DNA from: Alphaproteobacteria bacterium
GTDB taxonomy: Bacteria > Pseudomonadota > Alphaproteobacteria > CAAHEQ01 > UBA3637
Length of the DNA stretch: 64,000 nucleotides
Direction: 5' to 3'
Assembly (NCBI GenBank): GCA_045605805.1
Contig: JAZUQR010000027.1
Coordinates: 1-64,000 of the forward strand
In this document: one piece after another, positions 1 through 7,578 of the stretch
Layout: every line of letters starts with the position of its first letter
Numbering within the stretch: the first letter of the stretch is position 1
Position numbers and translations under genes: made by a program
Notes under the pieces: model-generated
Databases searched by the model: none
What the model saw: the letters and a program-made list of their open reading frames with translations, nothing else
What the model was told of the DNA's origin: nothing

Positions 1-456
1 TTTTGTCGGACCACAATCGTGGTTCGGCAAAAGATCTTTGCGCACGCTGTACCCGTTGTATGCACGGATATGGCTAAAATCATTCCCTTCAAAAGATGTT
101 TCTGCGAGAATTTTACAAAATTCATCATCCAATTCATCCACATAGGTCACCACTGTATAGCGCGTATAAACATCATATTCTGGTGTAATTTTGTTGTGTT
201 TATCATGAATATGACATTTTTGAATGATATGATTTTCAGTATTTTCTAAAAGTTCACAAGGGTATGTATGAGATAATTCTCCTTTAAAAAAAACTTGTTC
301 TTGTGTTGGTGTTAATTGTGAATCAAAAGGTTGACTGAATGATCCAGTTTCTAATTTTTGATAAAAAATAGGATTTTTGAATTTTACTTCTTCTTTGGGC
401 TGAAAAAGTGAACAGGCAGTCAAACTTAATAATAAAATCATTACAAGTTTCTTCAT
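1..456 (-). CDS. Predicted lipoprotein, 3' end beyond the window edge; paralogous to the C-terminal domain of 520..1866
   Basis: Not in the ORF track because it is open to the window edge. Manual translation from ATG at 456: MKKLVMILLLSLTAC-SLFQPKEEVKFKNPIFYQKLE...SHTYPCELLENTENIIIQKC..., with lipobox LTAC and no stop down to base 1. Confidence 0.8.
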   Translation of the reverse strand, partial: MKKLVMILLLSLTACSLFQPKEEVKFKNPIFYQKLETGSFSQPFDSQLTPTQEQVFFKGELSHTYPCELLENTENHIIQKCHIHDKHNKITPEYDVYTRYTVVTYVDELDDEFCKILAETSFEGNDFSHIRAYNGYSVRKDLLPNHDCGPTK

Positions 457-463
457 GAAGAAC

Positions 464-514
464 AGTTTAATTGTTTTATAAAAAACTGTCAAGAATTGTT
501 GACTTAAAAATTTT
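464..514 (-). promoter_or_regulatory. Sigma70-type leaderless promoter, copy 1 of a 51-bp repeat
   Basis: Minus strand TTGACA-17nt-TAAACT-7nt-ATG(456), no SD; 48/51 identical to 1873..1923. Confidence 0.75.
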
Positions 515-519
515 AAAAA

Positions 520-1866
520 TCACCGATTGGGATTACTAAGTTTTATTTCTAAGTGCTCGGGAGCCCAATCCTCTCCCTCTTGTTTTTGATAATGGAAATG
601 TTTCATGGTTCGATAGGTCGGTGCATCCTGTGGTTCCAAAACATACTTATGAAAGACGCGTATATTTTGCCCACCGTCTTTTGTATCAATGGGATCCCAG
701 TTACAATTCAAGACGATACTGTCCTCAGTGTTTTCTACCATAAAACATGAAAAATAATGAGAAATGCCTGGTTTACTTTGCGTATACCCCGTAGGCGATA
801 GTCGTGTAACCCACCTATCTGGATAAGAAGTCATTGGCTCATAGAAGAGCGGATTGACAAACCGCTCTTTTGTTGGGTGAATCAACAACGGATCAGTAAT
901 AATTGTTTTAGAAGAATCATAATCTGCTGTATTTAGCACACACAAATCACCCAATAAATGACGTTCATTGGGGCAAAAACGTTGGCAAAAATCTGGATTC
1001 CATTGAACCCCTATATCAACAGGTGTATCACAACTATAACAAATACCCTCATCATCCATCATGGGTTTATCAGCTGGACAATTTAAGACACTTGGTACAT
1101 TACCACCAATGGACTTGATAATTGTCCTGTTTGGACAAATATCATCGCAATCACCTTCAATATTGCAATGTGTTTCCACCCGAATGGCTTTAGGATAATC
1201 ACATGGGAAACACTTTCCATCCCAGCGCTTAAAATGATTTTTTTGTGGACAAACACTTTCACATTTAGTCACACCCCATTCTTTATACTCTTTATAAACA
1301 CGATTAGAACATTGATTACATTCGTCTTTAGTCACATCCCAATCTTTGGCATCTATACAAGGTTTACAAAACACCAACCCAGAGCCCATTTCATACCCTT
1401 CTGGACATTCACCATTTTGAGGTCGTACCATACCAGCACCTTTCAGGGAGGGAAGACAGACTCTACGATCAATCAGGTGCCAATTGGGAAGGCATTTGCC
1501 GTCAATAGGATCCATTGTTGGTGTTTCTGGTAATGGTGACTGATCAAAAACAGATTTCTCCTCGACATATCCTAAATCATTCTCAGCTTCTTCTTGTGTC
1601 TTATAACAACTTCCATAACGGCTTTGAAAGGGTAAATCTGGTGGGCATTTTGAAAGAGCGCAATTCATTTGTGCAGCCCCTGAACCACTGCCTTCAAAAT
1701 TGACAACACGTCCTGGACACAAGAAAGAACAAGCATCTACACTTCCGACAAGAAAAGCTTTTGGATCATCACAGCTACGACAGGTATTGAGTTGTGTAAA
1801 ATCACACTCTCCCGCAAAGCAGGGTATAGATAACATCAAGGAAAGAAAGAAGACCCATTTTTTCAT
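520..1866 (-). CDS. Secreted cysteine-rich repeat protein with a C-terminal domain shared with 1..456
   Basis: Signal peptide MKKWVFFLSLMLSIPCFA; 31 Cys counted; recurring CP..KP...DG.C..CD and C...CPNR units. Confidence 0.85.
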   Translation of the reverse strand: MKKWVFFLSLMLSIPCFAGECDFTQLNTCRSCDDPKAFLVGSVDACSFLCPGRVVNFEGSGSGAAQMNCALSKCPPDLPFQSRYGSCYKTQEEAENDLGYVEEKSVFDQSPLPETPTMDPIDGKCLPNWHLIDRRVCLPSLKGAGMVRPQNGECPEGYEMGSGLVFCKPCIDAKDWDVTKDECNQCSNRVYKEYKEWGVTKCESVCPQKNHFKRWDGKCFPCDYPKAIRVETHCNIEGDCDDICPNRTIIKSIGGNVPSVLNCPADKPMMDDEGICYSCDTPVDIGVQWNPDFCQRFCPNERHLLGDLCVLNTADYDSSKTIITDPLLIHPTKERFVNPLFYEPMTSYPDRWVTRLSPTGYTQSKPGISHYFSCFMVENTEDSIVLNCNWDPIDTKDGGQNIRVFHKYVLEPQDAPTYRTMKHFHYQKQEGEDWAPEHLEIKLSNPNR

Positions 1867-1872
1867 ATCTGT

Positions 1873-1923
1873 AGTTTAATTGGTTTATAAAAAATTGTCA
1901 AGAATTGTTGGCTTAAAAATTTT
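1873..1923 (-). promoter_or_regulatory. Sigma70-type leaderless promoter, copy 2 of the 51-bp repeat
   Basis: Minus strand TTGACA-17nt-TAAACT-6nt-ATG(1866); 3 mismatches versus 464..514. Confidence 0.75.
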
Positions 1924-1961
1924 CTGGGATTGGTAAATGGGCGTGTACGAATTATGTGTGA

Positions 1962-1999
1962 TGCGATACAATAAAAACTGTGATACAAAGTGTGATACA
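1962..1999 (+). repeat. Three direct repeats TG(C/T)GATACA, putative integrase arm-type sites
   Basis: tgcgataca 1962-1970, tgtgataca 1979-1987, tgtgataca 1991-1999, about 60 bp from a tRNA 3' fragment. Confidence 0.55.
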
Positions 2000-2056
2000 T
2001 TAAAAGGAAAAAATATGAAAAATTCAATAAAATCAATCAGTTCACAAAATGTCGGC

Positions 2057-2075
2057 ACTCCCTCCGTACTCACCA
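2057..2075 (+). mobile_element. tRNA 3'-end fragment, putative att site bounding an integrated element that extends left of the window
   Basis: ACT-CCCTC-CGTACTC-A-CCA reads as T-loop end, T-stem 3' strand, acceptor 3' strand, discriminator and CCA. No 5' tRNA half precedes it, and a terminator follows directly. Confidence 0.6.
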
Positions 2076-2083
2076 TTTTGAAC

Positions 2084-2110
2084 AAGTCGTCTGAAAAGGC
2101 GACTTTTTCT
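2084..2110 (+). terminator. Rho-independent terminator after the tRNA fragment
   Basis: AAGTCGTCT-GAAA-AGGCGACTT hairpin followed by a T-run. Confidence 0.75.
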
Positions 2111-2323
2111 TTTATTTGCAATAGCTTTTACCAGTTCAATTGGTCTCAACACAAAAAGCCCCTATTTCCGCCAACAATCGAACTCATCATCACAAAAGTG
2201 CTTGATTTTATTATATTTCGCATTTTTGGCGCTTTTTGACAGCCTCCATGACATTCGAACTTTTTTCTTGCTTTTTTCAATGTAATAAAGTAGTCTAGAA
2301 ACATTCAACAAAAGGGCAAAAAA

Positions 2324-3085
2324 ATGGCTTTGTTTCTAAATGGTGGCGGTGCGGATGAACAAGTAAAAGAGGCTTATCTTTTTTTGAAAGAAAAAGTTGA
2401 CACGAATAAACCTTTACTTTACGTTCCTTTAGCTATGGAAAAGGAAAAATATCCGAGCTGTTTGGACTGGATTACAAAGGAAATGTCCGATTATCGTTTT
2501 TCAAAAATTGATATGGTAACCTCTGTGGAAGAATTGGCAACCAAAGAGTTTAATAAATACGGTGCCATTTTCATTGGTGGTGGTGATACTTACAAGTTAT
2601 TGGCAGATTTGAAATCTTGTTCAGCCTATGAAAAAATTCAAAATTTTTTAGCTACAGGTGGCACTGTATTTGGAGGTAGTGCCGGTGCTATTATATTTGG
2701 TAAAAATCTTGATTCCTGCAGTCATGAAGATAAAAATACAGTAGGATTACAAGATACTAGTGGATTTAATCAAGTTTTCGGGGCATATATTGGTGCACAC
2801 TATAAAAATGGTAATCCTGCAAGAGAAAAAAATGCGACAGAAGCTTTTATAAAATTATCTTTTGAAGGACCTATCGTTGCGTTACCAGAAGAAGATACTC
2901 TGGTGATTGACAAAAATGAAGTACGTGTTATTGGTTCAAGAAATTTTTATATATTTAAAAATGGTGTACAATACACATATAAACCTAAAATTTATTCTGT
3001 AAATGATTTCAAAAAAGAATTAGCCTCACCTATAAAAGCTAATTCATTACAAATGAAGAAATCTCATCACAAAGAGATTGATTAG
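2324..3085 (+). CDS. Peptidase E family (S51, class I glutamine amidotransferase-like) protein
   Basis: Motifs LYVPLA, IFIGGGDT, GGSAGA (nucleophile Ser), GAHY, ALPE. Confidence 0.85.
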   Translation: MALFLNGGGADEQVKEAYLFLKEKVDTNKPLLYVPLAMEKEKYPSCLDWITKEMSDYRFSKIDMVTSVEELATKEFNKYGAIFIGGGDTYKLLADLKSCSAYEKIQNFLATGGTVFGGSAGAIIFGKNLDSCSHEDKNTVGLQDTSGFNQVFGAYIGAHYKNGNPAREKNATEAFIKLSFEGPIVALPEEDTLVIDKNEVRVIGSRNFYIFKNGVQYTYKPKIYSVNDFKKELASPIKANSLQMKKSHHKEID

Positions 3086-3239
3086 CTTGCGTTCGGCAAG
3101 ATACCCCTCACCATTTTTCCCTTTTTGCGGAGATAAATACACCTTTTGGTTGTATTTTTAGGGGGTTGTTATTTTTTAGTTGTAATTTGTTCAAAATACA
3201 GCTATAAGTATGGGGAAAACTTTAACAAAGGATTGAAAA

Positions 3240-3479
3240 ATGTTGATATGCAAAAATGTAATTGTGAACGGCAGACGCACCAGCATGAGATTGGACAAAG
3301 AAACATGGCTCTCGCTGAGCGAAATCTGTGCCGCAGAAAAGACAAACCTACACGCTCTGTGTTCAAAAATTGAAAAAAGCAAAGGCGAATGTGGCCTGTC
3401 CGGTGCGGTCAGAAGTTTTGTCCTCACCTACCTGCGCACCCAACTGGCACAATATCGCCAACACAGCCCCCACATTTAA
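3240..3479 (+). CDS. Ribbon-helix-helix (RHH_4-type) DNA-binding protein
   Basis: KNVIVNGRRTSMRLD..W..L.EI...LSGAVR.FVL, typical of the alphaproteobacterial RHH_4 family; SD AAGGA upstream. Confidence 0.85.
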   Translation: MLICKNVIVNGRRTSMRLDKETWLSLSEICAAEKTNLHALCSKIEKSKGECGLSGAVRSFVLTYLRTQLAQYRQHSPHI

Positions 3480-3541
3480 CTAAGCCCTTACTCGGCAAAA
3501 GCCAGCCAGGATTTTTTTGGGGGAAATGTGTAAAAATAAAA

Positions 3542-3575
3542 AAAGGTGTTCAGGAAAACCCCTTGAAACACCTTT
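3542..3575. terminator. Hairpin terminator downstream of tRNA-Gly
   Basis: AAAGGTGTT..CAGG/CCTTG..AACACCTTT imperfect inverted repeat flanked by A and T runs. Confidence 0.55.
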
Positions 3576-3580
3576 ATTTT

Positions 3581-3655
3581 TGGAGCGGGCGAAGGGATTT
3601 GAACCCTCGACATCAACCTTGGCAAGGTTGCGCTCTACCCCTGAGCTACACCCGC
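3581..3655 (-). tRNA. tRNA-Gly(GCC)
   Basis: Reverse complement GCGGGTGTAGCTCAGGGGTAGAGCGCAACCTT-GCC-AAGGTTGATGTCGAGGGTTCAAATCCCTTCGCCCGCTCCA folds as a cloverleaf with encoded CCA. Confidence 0.97.
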
Positions 3656-3713
3656 TTTTTTTGCGTATGTGAACATTATATACAATTTTTTTTCAAATTG
3701 CAAGTACTTTTTT

Positions 3714-6700
3714 TTAATAATTCCATTTTATTCCAACCATCCCCCGATAATCAGGTTCTGCATCAGCCTGATGATCCGGATTCAAGCGTACACCAAATTC
3801 ACTTTGAAGGTGCACTTCTTTATTCACATCCCCATGATAATATAAGGACATATCAATTTCTCTGGCATCCGGTTTCATAGAAGCACGATAAGTATCATAA
3901 TAGAAAATATCTTCCGTAGGGTGACGACCAGTTGGCAAAGTGACATTCATTGAACCGGAGCGCACACGAAGTGGCGAAGAAACCTGCAAACCAAACACAG
4001 TATTATCATCCGGTTGATAGCTGGCCGTCACAGCAAAGCTGTCACTTGTCATACGAGACAGATTCATCAAGCCACCATCAGAAGAAGTATTGGTTATACC
4101 ATAATAATACATGGCTTCCAAGCGCACCTTGTCCATAGGAGTAAAAGCAACACCCGCCCCCACAAAGTGAGTTTTTGCCTCTTGAATATCAAAGGCTCCG
4201 CTGGATACCATCCCCAAAGAAGAACCTGTTTCTTTCATCACACCCGTAGCCACCTTGAAGGCCAGCTTTTCCACAGGTTTGTAAACCACAGAAGTGGTAA
4301 AGGCCTGCATCCTGTTTTCCGGTTCATCAAAGCGTTCATCTTCTTCAAAGAAGCCGTTGCGCCCCATCGTCCAACCTGTTTCCACCGACCATTTTTGATT
4401 CATCTCATAGCCAGCTTCCAGCCCATAGGCATCTTTCATCTGAATAAAGGGATTAGTCAAACGGCGTTTCCAATAGGCCTCTGTGCCTTGTTTTGTATCT
4501 TGTGCATAGAAAAGCCCATAGCGCATTTTATTGCGTTTCAAGTTCATTTGAATCAAGCCCATAGGGATATCAGCCTCACGCACCCGATTCGTTTCTTGAC
4601 GATAAAGCATAGAAAACGATTCGCTGGGTTGCACCAAAACAGCATCTCGCCCCCGCATAAACAGTTTGAAATCTTCAAACGACTTGGCCTGACGCCGTGT
4701 CTGGATATTAAATAATTCAGAAGTTTTCAGTTGGAACGGCCGATCATAAGCATCAAAAGCCGTAAAAGTGGCAGGTAAAGCCGAAGCCACGGCAGGCGTT
4801 AAAGAAGCCACAGCGGTCAATTTTGTGGCCGCAGCCGTCACAACAATATCGCCCGGACCAAGGGGGGAATCACCACTTCTATGCACCCATAAACCATTTT
4901 TTCCACCCACAGGTCTTGTGGCCGCCTCTAAGTTCACAATACCTCGGCCAAAAATAGAGTTATAAGAATGCATGCCTTGCTGCTCTTCCCTATAAGTAGG
5001 GCCATAGTTAGCTATTTGGGTTGGGGTTGGCGTGATATAAGTGGCCGTCTTAAACAAAATATCCACAACTTCCTCACTTGTTAAATGCGGATAAGCCCCC
5101 ATCAACAAAGCCACCGACCCAGCCACAGAAGCAGCAGCCATAGATGTTCCATAATCCGTGGTATAACCATAGCCAGTCAGACCAATTTCGTTAGATGTAG
5201 ACAAAATACCATTTGCAACCCCTCCTACCCCCCCTGGGGCCACCAAACAATAACTGGCGGCAATACCACACGGTTGTGAATAAGCCGACATTTCCCAAGT
5301 ATAATTCCCATACATGTCTCGCTTACCATCAACGGAACCAACCGTAATATAAGAATTATACAAAGGATTAGTTTCCCCCACAGACGGCAAGGTCTTAAAA
5401 CCACCGGCATCATTTTCGTCCCAGGCTGTATCTTGCATCAACAAAGGAACAGCTGATTCCAAAGAAGGTTGCTTCACATCATATGTTGCATTCTGAGAAT
5501 TACCATTTGGCACAACAACAACTTTATTTGCATAAGTATCTATCTTTGTATAAGCCGCCCAACGACTGGCCCCAAAAACATCAACGCCTTCTTTTGCTTT
5601 CCATGTCTCATCGTCTTTGGAGAACGCCCCCAAAGCATCATTTCTGCGATCACCCGACAAAATTGTTGTATCGGTTGCGTGATCCAACAAAATAACATCG
5701 GAGTTGCTAAGTAAAGTACCCATCGCTTCAGGGGTAATGCCCATAACAATATCTTTATTCACAGGCAAAACAGCCGCATTATACGCAACGCCATACATTT
5801 GTGTCATCGGATCATCCAATTTCATTGCCGCCACAATACCCGCCAGAAAAGTACCCGCACTTGCATTTTTTTCATAATGTGGTGTTGGATCATTTAGATT
5901 ATATTCATACCCGTCAAGATACTGCACGTCATTAAAAATCTTTGCCTGTAGTTGTTCCCACGCAAGATATTTAGAACTTGTCTCTACAGTCGGCTCCTCT
6001 GTAGTCGTCCCCGTCAACACCCCCAAATCATTTATCATTAAAAAATTCCTGTTGCCATTTCCATCAAAAAAAACGGCAAAATTCGTACCAGATAAGGGAT
6101 GACCTGGATTCTGAACAGAAGCAGGACCATAACAATTTGTCTTATTTGAATCTTCACCGCATGGCCCATAATCATAATTAAAACCAATTGGTGTGCCTTT
6201 AATACCGGTGGCTAAATTATTCTTCACAGACCCAACTGTGGCCACATTCATGCCAGATTTTTGAGTACCTGTTTCCCCTGTGGGGGTATATTCTTGATTC
6301 GCCCACTTTGTTGCCTCGGGTGATAAAGAATCATAAAACGCTTTATTCACAGTATCCCAATCCCACACTTGAACGGTTGCATTCCCCTTATCACCCGTTG
6401 TGATGGAAGTATCTTGTAAACTCCCCCCCGAACCAATAGCCATACCGGAAGACAAAATCCCCACCGTCACCTTTTTGTCCGAAAGTTTGGGTTCCTTACC
6501 ATATGGCACATCTCCATCCTGCAAACGCCCATAAGGCGAAGTCCGCTTCACAAAATACCCCGAATACCCACGAGCATGGGCAGCCGCCGCATTAATCAAC
6601 GGCAAAAAATGCCCATCCTGATATTTAGCAGTGGATTCAATCTGCTCCACAGCTTCTTGTAAAGCATCTCCTTCAATATCCACAGGAGGTGGGGCAACCG

Positions 6701-7487
6701 TCCAACATTCAGCCGTTGTTTCATCCCGATAATAAGGAACAGTATTCTGTTCACTTTTGGAAACACACACATTCCCTTTCCAACAAGTGGAACAAGTAGC
6801 ACAATTTTCACCATTCCACCGTTGATCAGGCGGGCAAGAAGGCGTGCCGTTTCCGCCACCGCTGCCCAACACACCAATCAAAGCACCGGTCATACCAATA
6901 CCCAAAGCCGTATAGCCAATGGTTGCCCAATCAATCTTCAACGGACGACATTGTAATTTTTCACGCACTTCCATGGGAATGCGCCGCATACAGGATTGTG
7001 ACTGTATAGAACCAGCTCGCAACAAGGTTTGAATGGCATCACAATCATAATTGTACACCGCCTCACACAAGGCAGAATCACCTGTTTTTGGATCCACCAC
7101 ATCAATGTTTAAGCCTTCTTTTTTCCATGCCACCAATTGGTCTAAATCTTCCGCATGGGCGGCCGCATAAATCCGACTTGCCGTCACATAAGGAATGCGT
7201 TTCAAACACTTTGGATTCGGCTTTGCCCCCGCTTTCAAAAGGGTGGATGTAGCCAAACGATTTTGTGACCAAACTGCCTGACAGTACGGTGTATTACCGT
7301 TTTCATCTTCCATTTCCAAAGAATAACCCATTTTTTCCAAGCGTTGAATTGCATTCAAATCCCCTTGGCTTGCCGCCATATACATTCTGTTGCGAACAGA
7401 TGGTTCAAAGCCCTGCGCCAAAACACAAGGCGAAACACACACCAGTGCAGCAAAAACAAAAAACGGTATTTTTCTTACAAAATTCAA
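3714..7487 (-). CDS. Ankyrin-repeat + S8 subtilase-like (probably inactive) + C-terminal beta-barrel protein
   Basis: Likely TTG start at 7487 after an AAGGGG SD (ORF open to 7571). Signal peptide and two ankyrin blocks (DENGNTPYCQAV, DPKTGDSALCEAV). GTSMAA retained, but the Asp motif reads GILSSG and the His motif reads SAGTFLAG. Ends in the beta-signal-like VGIKWNY. Confidence 0.85.
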   Translation of the reverse strand: MNFVRKIPFFVFAALVCVSPCVLAQGFEPSVRNRMYMAASQGDLNAIQRLEKMGYSLEMEDENGNTPYCQAVWSQNRLATSTLLKAGAKPNPKCLKRIPYVTASRIYAAAHAEDLDQLVAWKKEGLNIDVVDPKTGDSALCEAVYNYDCDAIQTLLRAGSIQSQSCMRRIPMEVREKLQCRPLKIDWATIGYTALGIGMTGALIGVLGSGGGNGTPSCPPDQRWNGENCATCSTCWKGNVCVSKSEQNTVPYYRDETTAECWTVAPPPVDIEGDALQEAVEQIESTAKYQDGHFLPLINAAAAHARGYSGYFVKRTSPYGRLQDGDVPYGKEPKLSDKKVTVGILSSGMAIGSGGSLQDTSITTGDKGNATVQVWDWDTVNKAFYDSLSPEATKWANQEYTPTGETGTQKSGMNVATVGSVKNNLATGIKGTPIGFNYDYGPCGEDSNKTNCYGPASVQNPGHPLSGTNFAVFFDGNGNRNFLMINDLGVLTGTTTEEPTVETSSKYLAWEQLQAKIFNDVQYLDGYEYNLNDPTPHYEKNASAGTFLAGIVAAMKLDDPMTQMYGVAYNAAVLPVNKDIVMGITPEAMGTLLSNSDVILLDHATDTTILSGDRRNDALGAFSKDDETWKAKEGVDVFGASRWAAYTKIDTYANKVVVVPNGNSQNATYDVKQPSLESAVPLLMQDTAWDENDAGGFKTLPSVGETNPLYNSYITVGSVDGKRDMYGNYTWEMSAYSQPCGIAASYCLVAPGGVGGVANGILSTSNEIGLTGYGYTTDYGTSMAAASVAGSVALLMGAYPHLTSEEVVDILFKTATYITPTPTQIANYGPTYREEQQGMHSYNSIFGRGIVNLEAATRPVGGKNGLWVHRSGDSPLGPGDIVVTAAATKLTAVASLTPAVASALPATFTAFDAYDRPFQLKTSELFNIQTRRQAKSFEDFKLFMRGRDAVLVQPSESFSMLYRQETNRVREADIPMGLIQMNLKRNKMRYGLFYAQDTKQGTEAYWKRRLTNPFIQMKDAYGLEAGYEMNQKWSVETGWTMGRNGFFEEDERFDEPENRMQAFTTSVVYKPVEKLAFKVATGVMKETGSSLGMVSSGAFDIQEAKTHFVGAGVAFTPMDKVRLEAMYYYGITNTSSDGGLMNLSRMTSDSFAVTASYQPDDNTVFGLQVSSPLRVRSGSMNVTLPTGRHPTEDIFYYDTYRASMKPDAREIDMSLYYHGDVNKEVHLQSEFGVRLNPDHQADAEPDYRGMVGIKWNY

Positions 7488-7578
7488 ATAATTACCCCTT
7501 TTCAACTGTAAAACTGGGAATAGACTAGCATATCTTTTCAAGAAATACAACCCCAAAAAAGCCAAAAACAAAGTTTTT

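Noticed and set aside
1885-2239. ORFs 1885..2121(-) and 1937..2239(+)
   Set aside because: They overlap the att-like fragment, repeats and terminator, with no motif or convincing SD; likely spurious.
3581-3655. tRNA-Gly or tRNA-Leu as the source of the att fragment at 2057..2075
   Set aside because: Their 3' ends (CGCCCGCTCCA, TGGCCGCACCA) do not match CGTACTCACCA, and I saw no duplicate of either end in the window.
3389-3880. 163-aa + strand ORF
   Set aside because: Runs antisense across tRNA-Gly and the S8 gene end; shadow ORF.
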